Below, in pieces: positions 1 to 10,383 of a stretch of 64,000 nt of DNA. Each line of letters opens with the position of its first letter. Position 1 is the first letter of the stretch. Source of the stretch: an uncultured Erythrobacter sp. (GTDB lineage Bacteria > Pseudomonadota > Alphaproteobacteria > Sphingomonadales > Sphingomonadaceae); assembly GCF_947502395.1 (NCBI RefSeq), contig NZ_CANMZM010000003.1:584709-648708 (forward strand). The letters are read 5' to 3'. The notes under the pieces were generated by a model. It saw only the letters and a list, made by a program, of their open reading frames with translations. It did not search any database and had not been told where the DNA came from. Both the position numbers and the translations under genes were made by a program.

Positions 1-78
1 CCAAATAGTAACCACGATCAACCGCTCGGAACCTGCGCTTCATATATGGATCAACCAATCACACAGGCTGGCGCTAAA

Positions 79-1062
79 ATGGCAAACGCTGATGCACCGA
101 TTGATCGGCGCTCAATCCCCCCAACTGCCACTGAGGGCACATGGGTTCTTGCGGACGGACATGCGGTGAGGCGTATTGATTGGCCGGGAGCACCCGTTGA
201 TGGGCAAGACGCTCGTAGAGGATCTATTCTGTTCATGCCTGGGCGGGGCGACTGTTATGAGAAATATCTAGAGAGCCTGGAAGAATGGCACCGAGACGGT
301 TGGCGAGTGACGGCATCGGACTGGCGCGGGCAGGCTGGATCAGGCCGGCTGGGAGAAGACCCATTCACGGGTCACATAGAAGACTTCTCGATCTGGACCG
401 ATGATTTGGCGCACCTGTGGCAGCAATGGGTGCAAGAGGTGCCCGGGCCGCACATAATTGCAGGCCACTCAATGGGCGGACATCTGATTATGCGCGCGCT
501 CGTTGACGGAAAACTGCAAGGAGGAACGCCGCCAGTCGCCTGCTTCCTAAGCGCCCCGATGCTCGGGATGAAAGGGCCACCCGTACCGTTCTTCGTGCAG
601 CATTCCGTTGCAAAGCTCATGACCCTGATTGGCGATCCCACCCGTCAGGCATGGAAATGGAGCGAGAAGCCCGGAGAGCTTCCTGCTGACCGAATCAATC
701 TCTTGACCCACGACCCCGATCGATATGCCGACGAGCAATACTGGCGTGACACGAGGCCCGAGTTGGTGATGGGCCCGGCAAGCTGGCGCTGGGTTGAGCG
801 CGCCTATGCCTCTTGCCGTGTTCTGAATGCCTCTGGAGCAATGGAACGTGTGCGAGTACCGGTGCTTCTTGCGTCAACAGCTCACGACAAACTTGTCAGT
901 CACGATGCGATTGCGCGAGCAGCTGATCGCCTGCCCAATGGGCGCTTATTTGTGCTTGGCGAAGAGGCTCATCATGAAATTTTACGCGAACGTGACGAAG
1001 TTCGTCGCCGCGTGATGGACGCGATTGGCGCATTCCTTGATGAGGTTGCGCCTCCTCAATGA
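79..1062 (+). CDS. Alpha/beta hydrolase, lysophospholipase L2 (PldB)-like
   Basis: PGRG oxyanion region, DWRGQAGS, GHSMGG nucleophile elbow, C-terminal HEILRE catalytic His; ATG at 79 preferred over 46. Confidence 0.85.
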   Translation: MANADAPIDRRSIPPTATEGTWVLADGHAVRRIDWPGAPVDGQDARRGSILFMPGRGDCYEKYLESLEEWHRDGWRVTASDWRGQAGSGRLGEDPFTGHIEDFSIWTDDLAHLWQQWVQEVPGPHIIAGHSMGGHLIMRALVDGKLQGGTPPVACFLSAPMLGMKGPPVPFFVQHSVAKLMTLIGDPTRQAWKWSEKPGELPADRINLLTHDPDRYADEQYWRDTRPELVMGPASWRWVERAYASCRVLNASGAMERVRVPVLLASTAHDKLVSHDAIARAADRLPNGRLFVLGEEAHHEILRERDEVRRRVMDAIGAFLDEVAPPQ

Positions 1063-2183
1063 CGGCCATTTCGTACGATTTTGCGATCATCGGCGCGGGG
1101 ATGGCGGGGGCTAGTCTTGCCGCTGAGTTAGGTCCCTTTGCAAAAGTCTTGCTGCTCGAAGCAGAAGATGTGCCCGGCTATCATTCGACGGGCCGTTCGG
1201 CTGCTTTCTGGGAAGAATGCTATGGTGGTCCCGGCATTGTCCCGCTCACGCTGCCCTCGGGCAATTTTTTGCGCGAGCACGGGTTTTTGCGCCGTCGTGG
1301 GGCGCTTTATGTTGGGCGTCAGGAAGACGGGCCAAAGCTTGATGATTTCGAACGGCGCTTCGCCGGCACGGGTGTCACGATTGAGCGCGTGGACGGCATG
1401 GCTGCTCGCGCGCACGTGCCATTCCTTCGCGATGAATGGTGTGACGGCATTTATGAACAGGCCTGTGCGGACATTGATGTGGCTGGACTTCATCAGTTCT
1501 ACCTCAAAGCTCTCAAGAACGCCGGAGTAGAATTGAAGTGTCGTGCGCGAGTATTGCATTTGGAGCGGGGGCAGGGCGGTTGGCGGATCCTTACAACCAA
1601 TGGCGACACCTACCACGCCACTCAGATCGTAAACGCTGCCGGAGCATGGGCGGACACCATCGCCAGGATCGCAGGTGCTCAACCCCTCGGTATCACTCCA
1701 TTTCGTCGCACCGTTGCCCAACTAAGAGTGGGACAGGAAGCGCCCGAAGACATGCCGTTGGTGCTTGATATCTCGGGCAATTTCTATTTCAAATCGGACA
1801 ATGGCCGCATTTGGCTCAGCCCGCATGACGAAACACCAACCGACCCATGCGATGCGGCGCCGGAAGAGATTGATGTCGCCAAAGCGATCAATCAGTTTGA
1901 GAGAGCAACCAGCTGGCGAATTGAAGCGGTTGAGAGGAGATGGGCTGGGCTTAGGAGCTTTACCCCTGACCGGCTACCGGTTTACGGTGCTGACCCGCTC
2001 GTGCCCGGTCTCCAATGGTTCGCGGGTCAAGGCGGCTTTGGCATCCAGACTGCGCCAGCGGCAGCAAGAGTGGCTTCGCAGGCAATGCTTGGTTTGGGCC
2101 GCGATGATCTCACTAGCGATATTGACGCAAAAGTTTACGATCCTTCCCGCTTTTACCGCGAGAAAGCTGCAAGCGCGATCTAG
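1059..2183 (+). CDS. FAD-dependent oxidoreductase, DAO/DadA family
   Basis: GAGMAG Rossmann motif, STGRSAA, VNAAGAWAD, WAGLRSFTPD, GQGGFGIQTAPA; ATGA overlap with upstream gene. Confidence 0.88.
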   Translation: MTAISYDFAIIGAGMAGASLAAELGPFAKVLLLEAEDVPGYHSTGRSAAFWEECYGGPGIVPLTLPSGNFLREHGFLRRRGALYVGRQEDGPKLDDFERRFAGTGVTIERVDGMAARAHVPFLRDEWCDGIYEQACADIDVAGLHQFYLKALKNAGVELKCRARVLHLERGQGGWRILTTNGDTYHATQIVNAAGAWADTIARIAGAQPLGITPFRRTVAQLRVGQEAPEDMPLVLDISGNFYFKSDNGRIWLSPHDETPTDPCDAAPEEIDVAKAINQFERATSWRIEAVERRWAGLRSFTPDRLPVYGADPLVPGLQWFAGQGGFGIQTAPAAARVASQAMLGLGRDDLTSDIDAKVYDPSRFYREKAASAI

Positions 2184-2247
2184 CCAGGCCTTTCTTGATC
2201 TGTATGATGTCCTTTGAGTTCACAACCATTTGAGAGGGTATCTGACG

Positions 2248-2424
2248 ATGGCTCACAAGTTTGAAATCTACAAAGACAAAGCGGACGAGTTCCGCGTGCG
2301 GTTCAGCTACAACAGCGAAGTGATGTTTTCGACGCAAGGCTATTCCAGCAAGTCGTCGGCGCAAAATGCGATTGACTCGATCAAGAAGAACGGCCCAGGC
2401 GCGCCGATCGAAGACAACAGCTAA
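2248..2424 (+). CDS. Single-domain YegP/DUF1508 family protein (58 aa)
   Basis: KFEIYKDKADEFRVRF...SEVMFSTQGYSSKSSAQNAIDSIKKN pattern; GAGAGG RBS before ATG 2248. Confidence 0.85.
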   Translation: MAHKFEIYKDKADEFRVRFSYNSEVMFSTQGYSSKSSAQNAIDSIKKNGPGAPIEDNS

Positions 2425-2447
2425 GTCTTAGGCTTAAACGATTTTCC

Positions 2448-2481
2448 AAACGGGCGCGCCGCACGACGGAGCGCCCGTTTT
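2448..2481. terminator. Likely bidirectional intrinsic terminator between yegP-like and rnhA
   Basis: AAACGGGCGC (2448-2457) and GCGCCCGTTT (2471-2480) form a perfect inverted repeat with A/T tails on both sides, between convergent genes. Confidence 0.8.
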
Positions 2482-2486
2482 GCGTT

Positions 2487-2948
2487 CTAGGATTGGGGCG
2501 CCCGCGCGATCTGTTCCGCGGCATCGCTTGCAAGCTTGTCGACCCGCTCATTCTCAGCATGGCCCGCGTGACCCTTGACCCAGTGCCAGGAGATATCATG
2601 GCGCGAGGCGGCATCAATGAGATCATGCCATAGGTCCGCATTGCGAACCGGTTTCTTGCTGGCGTTAACCCAGCCACGTTTCTTCCAGCCGTGCACCCAC
2701 TTTGTAATGCCATCAATCACATATTTGCTGTCAGAATAGAGATCGACCCTGCACGGTTCGATTAGCGCGTTAAGGCCTTGTATGACGGCCTGCATTTCCA
2801 TCCGATTGTTGGTGGTCTCTGTTTCATTACCGGACAACTCTTTCTCATGCTGTCCCATACGCAAGAGCGTGCCCCATCCACCTGGGCCTGGATTGCCTTT
2901 GCAAGCCCCATCGGTGAAAATCTCGACGTGTTTGGTTGGTGTCCCCAT
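2487..2948 (-). CDS. rnhA: Ribonuclease HI
   Basis: [47 protein letters not shown]. Confidence 0.97.
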   Translation of the reverse strand: MGTPTKHVEIFTDGACKGNPGPGGWGTLLRMGQHEKELSGNETETTNNRMEMQAVIQGLNALIEPCRVDLYSDSKYVIDGITKWVHGWKKRGWVNASKKPVRNADLWHDLIDAASRHDISWHWVKGHAGHAENERVDKLASDAAEQIARAPQS

Positions 2949-2978
2949 AGCTAGGCTCCAATGCCTCACGATTGTGCT

Positions 2979-3947
2979 TTAGGCAAACAAATCAGCCCCA
3001 TGATCATTGTAACAGTTCCAACGTGAGACAAATTGCATTGGGTCCTTGCGTGTCACCAATGCGTCCTCGGGCGTGTCAAGCCAGTCTTCCGCCCGGCTTG
3101 CGATGAACCGGATGGCAGCGCCCTTGGCGATCTCGGGCAACCATCGCCTTTCGTCATTGCTCAGCTTGCGGACACCTTGATAGCCTTCCAGCAATGCACC
3201 TCCCAATGCAGGTAAATAGTCACCTTCTTCATCGAAGCACCATGCAGCGTGGGTGATCGCCAGATCAAGGGCCATAGCTCCCGAACATGCGAAGTAGAAA
3301 TCGATCAGGCCGGTCACTCTCGTTCCCAGCATCAGAACATTATCCGGAAAGAGGTCTGCATGGATTTGAGCCTGGGGCAGGGCGCTCAAATTGAGAGCAG
3401 CAGCAGTACGCGCAGGCTCCAAAATTGCTGGCAGGTCTGGGTGAATGGAGGCGAGCTGAGCGGCTCCGCACTTTTCCAGACTGGCAAGATTGTCCGCAAA
3501 ACCCATTGTGTTCGCCCGTGGCAAGGCAAAATCCTGACTTGCATCGTGCATTTGCGCGAGCGTTTCTCCAACCGCGAAGGCTTGGGTCGCATCTGGCTTC
3601 GTCGGAGAGACCCCTGGCAAGAACTCGATCAGCGCAATCGCTTTGCCGTAAAGCATTCGAAAGGCTGCGCCCTCTCGGTCGTGGATGGTACGTGGAACTG
3701 GGCATCCCTTTGCGGAAAGGTGATCGAGTAGACCCAGAAAATAGGGCAGATCGCCAAGCTCAATGCGCCTTTCGTACATGGTGAGAATAAAGCGCGCACT
3801 CGCGCCGTCTTCGCCTTGAGTATCGATCAACCAGTTCGAGTTGGAAACACCTTCCGCAATCCCCTTCGCCGAGACGAGCGGACCAACAGGGTAGTGCGCG
3901 ATCAGTGCGGCAAGCTCTTCTGCGCCAAGATTAGTATAGACTGCCAC
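2979..3947 (-). CDS. thrB: Homoserine kinase type II (APH-fold)
   Basis: MAVYT N-terminus, IAEGVSNSNW, HADLFPDNVL, IDFYFAC; conserved ispH-thrB-rnhA order. Confidence 0.95.
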   Translation of the reverse strand: MAVYTNLGAEELAALIAHYPVGPLVSAKGIAEGVSNSNWLIDTQGEDGASARFILTMYERRIELGDLPYFLGLLDHLSAKGCPVPRTIHDREGAAFRMLYGKAIALIEFLPGVSPTKPDATQAFAVGETLAQMHDASQDFALPRANTMGFADNLASLEKCGAAQLASIHPDLPAILEPARTAAALNLSALPQAQIHADLFPDNVLMLGTRVTGLIDFYFACSGAMALDLAITHAAWCFDEEGDYLPALGGALLEGYQGVRKLSNDERRWLPEIAKGAAIRFIASRAEDWLDTPEDALVTRKDPMQFVSRWNCYNDHGADLFA

Positions 3948-3968
3948 CTGCCCCCGCGCCTCTTAATT

Positions 3969-4943
3969 CTATTGCGTCAATTGGCGCGGCAGTTTGAAGA
4001 CCATTTTTTCTTCGGTCGTCTTAATCTGACGCTCATTGATAGGACGCAATTTTGCAAGCGCATCAACGACCTCGCGCACGAGGACTTCGGGTGCCGAAGC
4101 CCCTGCGGTAAGGCCAACTGTGGTGACACCATCCAACCAACCAGGTTCAATCTCGTCAGCGCGTTGAATTAACTTGCCCGGTGTGCCCAGCCGCTCGGCC
4201 ACCTCCACAAGGCGGAGCGAATTCGAGGAATTGGGCGCGCCAACGACCAGAACCAGATCGCAGTCTTTGGCCAGTTCCTTGACCGCCGCCTGACGATTAG
4301 AGGTCGCATAGCAAATGTCCTCTGCCTTCGGCCCGCGAATATTGGGGTATCTCCAAATGAGAGCGTCAATCACCTCGCGCGTATCGTCGACCGAAAGCGT
4401 GGTTTGCGTAAGAAAAGCGAGCGGCTCATCGCTGTCGAACGGAAGTTTGTCGACGTCTTCGATATTCTCAACCAGCGTCATTTGACCCGGTTCGACCTGT
4501 CCCATCGTACCAATAACTTCGGGGTGCCCTTCGTGGCCTACAAAGATAATATGTCGCCCTTTTTCGAGCTGGCGCTCAGCCTGACGGTGCACTTTGGAGA
4601 CAAGCGGGCAAGTCGCATCGACATAAATCATATTACGCCGCTCGGCCTCAGCAGGCACCGATTTGGGCACGCCATGTGCACTGAATACCACAGGTGCATC
4701 GGTAGGCACTTCGTCCAATTCCTTGACGAAAATTGCACCTTTAGCCTTCAGGCCCTCAACCACATATTTGTTGTGAACGATCTCATGGCGAACGTAGACC
4801 GGTGCACCGTATCGCTCGAGCGCTTTCTCCACGATCTCAATTGCGCGGTCGACACCTGCGCAAAAGCCGCGTGGTGCAGCGATCAAGAGGTTGAGAGGCT
4901 CGGCCGTGGCCGTGTTCGCATTCTGAGTTATGGGCGCGTTCAT
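3969..4943 (-). CDS. ispH: 4-hydroxy-3-methylbut-2-enyl diphosphate reductase
   Basis: [55 protein letters not shown]. Confidence 0.98.
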   Translation of the reverse strand: MNAPITQNANTATAEPLNLLIAAPRGFCAGVDRAIEIVEKALERYGAPVYVRHEIVHNKYVVEGLKAKGAIFVKELDEVPTDAPVVFSAHGVPKSVPAEAERRNMIYVDATCPLVSKVHRQAERQLEKGRHIIFVGHEGHPEVIGTMGQVEPGQMTLVENIEDVDKLPFDSDEPLAFLTQTTLSVDDTREVIDALIWRYPNIRGPKAEDICYATSNRQAAVKELAKDCDLVLVVGAPNSSNSLRLVEVAERLGTPGKLIQRADEIEPGWLDGVTTVGLTAGASAPEVLVREVVDALAKLRPINERQIKTTEEKMVFKLPRQLTQ

Positions 4944-5056
4944 ACTACGCCCTCTAGCGCTTTGCTGCACGGCTCGCTAGGGCGTATGCCGGTTCGGATA
5001 AATTGCGCGAATAGGCCGCGCGCAATGACACACTTTTCACGGGATCAATTTTGACA

Positions 5057-5707
5057 ATGACGCATCGCAAAACTGCCTTTACCGCACTCATTGGAGCCGC
5101 CGCGCTTGCTGGGTGCGCTGGCGAAGGCGATCTGGTGATCGATCAGGGCGTCGGGATCACCGCAGTTCTGTCGTCGTGCCCGGACGTCGGCATTCCGGAT
5201 TTCACAGGCGATGTCACGATGTTCCGTGCTGCTGGTGATCAGACGCAGAGCAATCTCGATGTGAGCGCAGCGATGACAAACCTGCGCTCAACCTGCGACG
5301 ATAGTGGCACACGTGTTTATTCAGAAGCGAGCTTTGATGTACTGGCCCGTCGCACGGACACGCGCGGAGCGCGCACTGTGACGCTTCCTTACTTTGTGAC
5401 GGTGCTGCAGGGTAGCAGCGCAGTTGTGACTAAGCGAGTGGGCGAAGTGACATTGACCTTTGCCGATGGCCAGGACCGAGCGCAGGCCAGTGCAAAAGCA
5501 GGTTCATTTATCGACCGCGCAGCTGCGACCCTTCCTGAAGACATTCGCGAACGCATCACTCGTAAACGACGAGCAGGCGATGTCGATGCGGCGCTCGACC
5601 CACTGTCTGCTCCCGAAGTGAGAGCCGCGATCCAGCGCACGCGATTTGAAATGCTGGTGGGCTTTCAACTAACCGAATCGCAGCTGGCGTATAACGCCAC
5701 ACGTTAG
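5057..5707 (+). CDS. Hypothetical lipoprotein
   Basis: Basic N-terminus, hydrophobic stretch and lipobox LAG-C; predicted beta-rich body; divergent from ispH. Confidence 0.7.
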   Translation: MTHRKTAFTALIGAAALAGCAGEGDLVIDQGVGITAVLSSCPDVGIPDFTGDVTMFRAAGDQTQSNLDVSAAMTNLRSTCDDSGTRVYSEASFDVLARRTDTRGARTVTLPYFVTVLQGSSAVVTKRVGEVTLTFADGQDRAQASAKAGSFIDRAAATLPEDIRERITRKRRAGDVDAALDPLSAPEVRAAIQRTRFEMLVGFQLTESQLAYNATR

Positions 5708-5869
5708 GACTAAGTTTGCCCACCGGGGCGAACTCCTCGCGACGCAGGCAGACAATCTGCCCGAGCTGCCGACGACCGTTCGACCTCGGGACACTTTTGG
5801 TGTGGTTGATGCCGCGTCCGCCCTTTCCCTTTGTTCCTTTTTGTCCTTTGCGCTAACGGCGCACCCGAG

Positions 5870-7618
5870 ATGACCGATATGCAGACCCTTTACACCGCTT
5901 TTGGCGGCACAATCGAAACCGCGCTCAATGCACTCGTCGCTGATGGTACGCTTCCGGAGGATGCCTCGTTCAAGAACGTGACGCTTGAGCCGCCCCGTGA
6001 TCCATCACACGGCGATCTTGCAACCAATGCAGCGATGGTGCTCGCAAAGCCTGCTAAGACGAACCCGCGCGCGCTGGCTGAAGCTTTGGTGGCGAAGCTA
6101 GAATCTGCTGATGGGATTGCCGGGGCGGAAGTCGCTGGGCCTGGTTTTATAAACCTTCGGCTTGATGGTCAGGTCTGGTTAGATGAGCTGCAAGCGATCA
6201 CTGCATTGGCCCATGCTTATGGTCGCTCAACCATGGGTGACGGGACCCGTGTCAATGTAGAATATGTAAGCGCCAATCCAACTGGCCCCATGCATATGGG
6301 GCATTGCCGGGGCGCAGTAGTGGGTGACGCGCTTTCAAGTCTGCTTGAATTTGCCGGCCATGAGGTCACGCGGGAGTATTACATCAACGACGCTGGCGGG
6401 CAGGTCGACACGCTCGCTCGGTCTGCGCATTTGCGGTATCGTGAGGCCCTGGGTGATACGATCACCATTCCTGAAGGACTTTATCCCGGTGATTACCTGA
6501 TCCCGGTGGGCGAGGCGCTCGCCAAGGAATTGGGTGATGCGCATAAGGAGGCGCCTGAGGAAGAGTGGCTACTCCTGTTCCGCGAGCATGCCGTGAAGCA
6601 GATGATGGGGCTGATCAAGTCGGACTTGGCGCTTCTCGGTATTCACCATGATGTTTTTTCCTCGGAGGCTGCGCTGCATTCCGCAGGCAAGCCCGATGAA
6701 GCCGAGAAATGGCTGCGTGAACACGATCTTGTCTATGATGGCGTCCTTGAAGCGCCCAAGGGCAAAGCGCCTCCGGAAGATTGGGAGCCTGTGGAACTAC
6801 CACTCTTTCGCTCGACCAAATTTGGCGATGATCAGGACCGTCCGATCAAGAAGTCGGATGGCAAATGGACGTACTTCGGGGCGGACCTCGCATATCACAT
6901 GCAGAAGGCCGAAAGCGCTGACGAGCTTATAGACATCTGGGGCGCGGACCATGCGGGGACGGTCAAGAGGATCAAGGCCGCAGTCGCCGCATTGTCAGAA
7001 GGCAAGGGCAAGCCAACGCCCTTCGACGTAAAGCTGGTTCAGATGGTACAGCTCATGCGGGGCGGCGAGCCAGTAAAAATGTCCAAGCGGTCGGGCAATT
7101 TCATCACCATCGCAGATATGATCGAAGAGGTCGGCCGCGATGTGGTGCGCTTCACCATGCTCACCCGCAAACCTGACGCGCAGATGCAATTCGATTTTGC
7201 CAAAGTTGTTGAGGCGAGCAAGGACAACCCCGTCTGGTACGTCCAATATGCGCACGCGCGGATTCAGTCTACCCTGAGGAAAGCCAAGGAAGAAGAAGGG
7301 CTTGCGCCTGCTTTTGACTGTGTGAGTGAGCTCGGCGATGAGGAGATCGCACTGATCAAGCGGGCTGCACAATTCCCACGGGAAGTCGAAGCGGCTGCCA
7401 AGGCGCGTGAACCACACCGTATCGCGTTTTACCTCTACGACTTGGCAACCGACCTTAACGCCTTCTATTCCTTGGGTAACACTGATACTCAAAAGCGCTT
7501 CATTGTGAAACAGGACGCTGGTTTATCGCAGGCGCGGCTTTTCCTCGCCGCGGCAATCGGGCAAGTTCTTCGCAATGGCTTGCGCCTGCTTGGCGTGGAG
7601 GCAGTTGACAGAATGTAG
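5870..7618 (+). CDS. argS: Arginine--tRNA ligase
   Basis: EYVSANPTGPMHMGH (HIGH motif), KMSKRSG (KMSKS motif), YVQYAHAR anticodon-binding region. Confidence 0.98.
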   Translation: MTDMQTLYTAFGGTIETALNALVADGTLPEDASFKNVTLEPPRDPSHGDLATNAAMVLAKPAKTNPRALAEALVAKLESADGIAGAEVAGPGFINLRLDGQVWLDELQAITALAHAYGRSTMGDGTRVNVEYVSANPTGPMHMGHCRGAVVGDALSSLLEFAGHEVTREYYINDAGGQVDTLARSAHLRYREALGDTITIPEGLYPGDYLIPVGEALAKELGDAHKEAPEEEWLLLFREHAVKQMMGLIKSDLALLGIHHDVFSSEAALHSAGKPDEAEKWLREHDLVYDGVLEAPKGKAPPEDWEPVELPLFRSTKFGDDQDRPIKKSDGKWTYFGADLAYHMQKAESADELIDIWGADHAGTVKRIKAAVAALSEGKGKPTPFDVKLVQMVQLMRGGEPVKMSKRSGNFITIADMIEEVGRDVVRFTMLTRKPDAQMQFDFAKVVEASKDNPVWYVQYAHARIQSTLRKAKEEEGLAPAFDCVSELGDEEIALIKRAAQFPREVEAAAKAREPHRIAFYLYDLATDLNAFYSLGNTDTQKRFIVKQDAGLSQARLFLAAAIGQVLRNGLRLLGVEAVDRM

Positions 7619-7661
7619 GTCATCGGGCGGATATCGGCCCGAAGGTCAGGGGTATTGCGAC

Positions 7662-8378
7662 GTGATTATCACCGCTGAATATGATGAAGTCGAAAGCACG
7701 GAAGGCGAGCTTGACCTGTCCGCAGACGACAGCCTGCCTTGGCTCGAAGCTGATGAGGACGAGGAAGCAGGCGGCGCAGATCACAAGCAGATAGTTGTGC
7801 TCCTTCTTATCCTGTTGGCCATTGGAGCCATTGCAGTTGGAACGGTATGGATCTTTGGCAGCCGAATGACCGAAGGCACTCAAGTCGCTGATGGCAGCGT
7901 GATCGAAGCGCCCGAAGGTCCAATCAAGGAGCGCCCAGAAGATCCCGGTGGCAAGGAGTTCGCTGGGACCGGCAATGTCGCTCCGGTGGTAGGCGAAGGC
8001 GGCGCGCCAGACGGCGTGATGAATACCGATGGCAATTCGGGGCCGGGTGAGAGCAGTGATGCGGACCCTAGAACGACAAGGTCTGGTAGCGCTGCTGGCG
8101 CCGGCGAAAATGCTGCTTCAACCGGTGCAACAACATCACGTAGCGGCGTTGGGGTGCAACTTGCCGCATACACCTCTCGCGCACGCGCTGAGCAAGGCTG
8201 GCAAGAACTAAGTCGCCGCACGGATGCGCTTTCGGGTCTGCGTTATCGGATTGAAGAGGGTGTCGTGGATATTGGCACGGTCTATCGCCTTCAGGCAGTG
8301 GCGGGCGACCGCGCGACGGCGGATCAACTCTGTGCCAATCTCAAGTCAGACGGCATCGATTGTCAGGTGAAGCCCTGA
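7662..8378 (+). CDS. SPOR-domain cell-envelope/division protein
   Basis: LPWLE motif, single TM helix, low-complexity linker, C-terminal VQLAAY...YRLQA...C..LK...C SPOR domain; GTG start at 7662 inferred. Confidence 0.88.
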   Translation: MIITAEYDEVESTEGELDLSADDSLPWLEADEDEEAGGADHKQIVVLLLILLAIGAIAVGTVWIFGSRMTEGTQVADGSVIEAPEGPIKERPEDPGGKEFAGTGNVAPVVGEGGAPDGVMNTDGNSGPGESSDADPRTTRSGSAAGAGENAASTGATTSRSGVGVQLAAYTSRARAEQGWQELSRRTDALSGLRYRIEEGVVDIGTVYRLQAVAGDRATADQLCANLKSDGIDCQVKP

Positions 8379-8494
8379 TCGGTCAGAGGTTTCGAACACA
8401 GAAAAACCGATTCCAGGCGCTTTTCCCCCCGAAAAGACCACAATGGATGGTTACTGCGCTTGCCTGAGTGCGTGGTGGCTGCAAATCTAATAAC

Positions 8495-9517
8495 ATGGTT
8501 CCGGCGATATTCGGATGTTCTGGGCTCACGCTAACCGAGGATGAGCGCGCGTTTTTTCGCGACGCTGATCCTGCGGGGTACATCCTGTTTGGCAGAAACT
8601 GCGATAATCCAGAGCAATTGCGCGCCCTGACCGATGAGCTGCGCTCGCTTCATGGTCGCGATCACCTGTTGGTCTCGATCGATCAAGAAGGTGGGCGAGT
8701 GGCGCGTCTTCGGCCCCCACATTGGGCGGCATATCCTTCGGGTGAAGCGTTCGACCGGCTTTATCAACTTGCCCCGGCGAGCGCGATTGAGGCTGCACGT
8801 GCCGGTGCAAAAGCGATGGCCTTGGAACTCTCGGCCATGGGGATCACGGTGGATTATCACCCGCCCTTGGACCTTCGCCAAAATGGCGCTCACGATGTCA
8901 TTGGTGATCGAGCATTGGGCAGCGGGTCGATGCAGATCGCGGCAATTGGCCGAGCGATCCTTGATGGGCTTGCAGCTGGCGGTGTCGCAGGCTGCATCAA
9001 GCATATGCCTGGCCACGGCCGGTCAATGGTCGACACGCATAAAGAAATGCCCACAGTCCACGCGAGCGTCGAGGAGCTGGAGGCTGACCTTGCGCCATTT
9101 CGTAAGCTCAACAACGCATTGATCGGGATGACGGGCCACCTCAAATTCCCTGTGTGGGACAAGAAGGCACCCGCTACGCTTTCTGAAACGATCATTCGTG
9201 ACATCATTCGCGGAGAAATCGGTTTTGAAGGCCTGCTTCTTACTGACGATATCGATATGGAAGCACTGGATGGCAGCGTGCCAGAGCGGTCTGAACGTGC
9301 CATCGCAGCAGGATGCGATATCGTGTTGAATTGTTGGGCAAAAATGGACGATATGCTGGCTATATGTAAGCGTGTACCCGTCATGTCTGATGAGGCGGCT
9401 CACCGTCTGAACCGTGCTCTTGAAGGGACGTGCGTCGCAGAATCGATTCCATCTGAAGCAAATGAACTTCTCGCCAAGCGTGATGAGCTTCTTGCGCTGA
9501 CGGGAGAAGCGGCATGA
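8495..9517 (+). CDS. nagZ: Beta-N-acetylhexosaminidase (GH3)
   Basis: IDQEGGRVARL, KHMPGHG, DTH, LTDDIDMEAL. Confidence 0.95.
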   Translation: MVPAIFGCSGLTLTEDERAFFRDADPAGYILFGRNCDNPEQLRALTDELRSLHGRDHLLVSIDQEGGRVARLRPPHWAAYPSGEAFDRLYQLAPASAIEAARAGAKAMALELSAMGITVDYHPPLDLRQNGAHDVIGDRALGSGSMQIAAIGRAILDGLAAGGVAGCIKHMPGHGRSMVDTHKEMPTVHASVEELEADLAPFRKLNNALIGMTGHLKFPVWDKKAPATLSETIIRDIIRGEIGFEGLLLTDDIDMEALDGSVPERSERAIAAGCDIVLNCWAKMDDMLAICKRVPVMSDEAAHRLNRALEGTCVAESIPSEANELLAKRDELLALTGEAA

Positions 9518-10383
9518 GCCCTCCTGTGATGTCTGAGAGTGATGATGGCTTCATGCTGACAGGCGGCAGCATGAACGCCTCCGAACCCGAAGCGATCATG
9601 CCCGATGGCTGGGACGATGATCCGGCCAAGCAGGGCGCGAAAGCCGGCGAGGAAGCGCTCTATCTTGAGCTTGACGGCTGGGAAGGTCCGCTCGACCTCT
9701 TGCTCGACCTTGCGCGGCGTCAAAAGGTTGATCTCAAACAAATTTCAATCCTTGCCTTGGTTGATCAATACCTCACTTACATTGAGCGGGCGCAGGACCT
9801 AAGGCTCGAATTGGCGGCGGATTACCTGGTCATGGCGGCTTGGCTGGCTTTCCTGAAATCTTCGCTCCTTCTGCCTAAAGACGAGCAAGAGGACCCGAGC
9901 CCCGAAGAGCTGGCGCTTCGCCTGCAGTTGCGGCTCCAACGTCTTGGAGCGATGCGCGAGGCGGCCGCGCGGTTGATGGGTCGTGACCGGATCGGACGCG
10001 ACATCTTTCTACGGGGTAACCCAGAGGGGCTGCGGACAGATCGCAAGACCTTGTGGAAGTCCGATGCTTTCTCGCTGATCCAGGCATATGGTCAGGTCAA
10101 AGCCCGCACCGCGCCGCGCATCTATCACGTTTCGGATCGTCCGGTGATGACGCTGGACAGTGCGCTTGACCGGGTTTCCGCCATGCTCGGTGTGACGCTC
10201 GACTGGATGGATATTCGTGACTTTCTGCCCAAAAATGCTGAGCCCGAGCTACGCAAGTCAGTGCTTGCATCAAGCTTTGTGGCGGCGCTTGAACTGGCCC
10301 GCCTTGGACGGGCGGAAATCGACCAAGAAGGGGCATTTGAGCCTCTGCGCATCCGCCGCCTCAAACAGAAGGCTAACGCGTAA
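9514..10383 (+). CDS. scpA: Segregation and condensation protein A
   Basis: EGPLDLLLDLARRQKVD, AADYLVMAAWL, SSFVAALELAR. Confidence 0.95.
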   Translation: MSPPVMSESDDGFMLTGGSMNASEPEAIMPDGWDDDPAKQGAKAGEEALYLELDGWEGPLDLLLDLARRQKVDLKQISILALVDQYLTYIERAQDLRLELAADYLVMAAWLAFLKSSLLLPKDEQEDPSPEELALRLQLRLQRLGAMREAAARLMGRDRIGRDIFLRGNPEGLRTDRKTLWKSDAFSLIQAYGQVKARTAPRIYHVSDRPVMTLDSALDRVSAMLGVTLDWMDIRDFLPKNAEPELRKSVLASSFVAALELARLGRAEIDQEGAFEPLRIRRLKQKANA

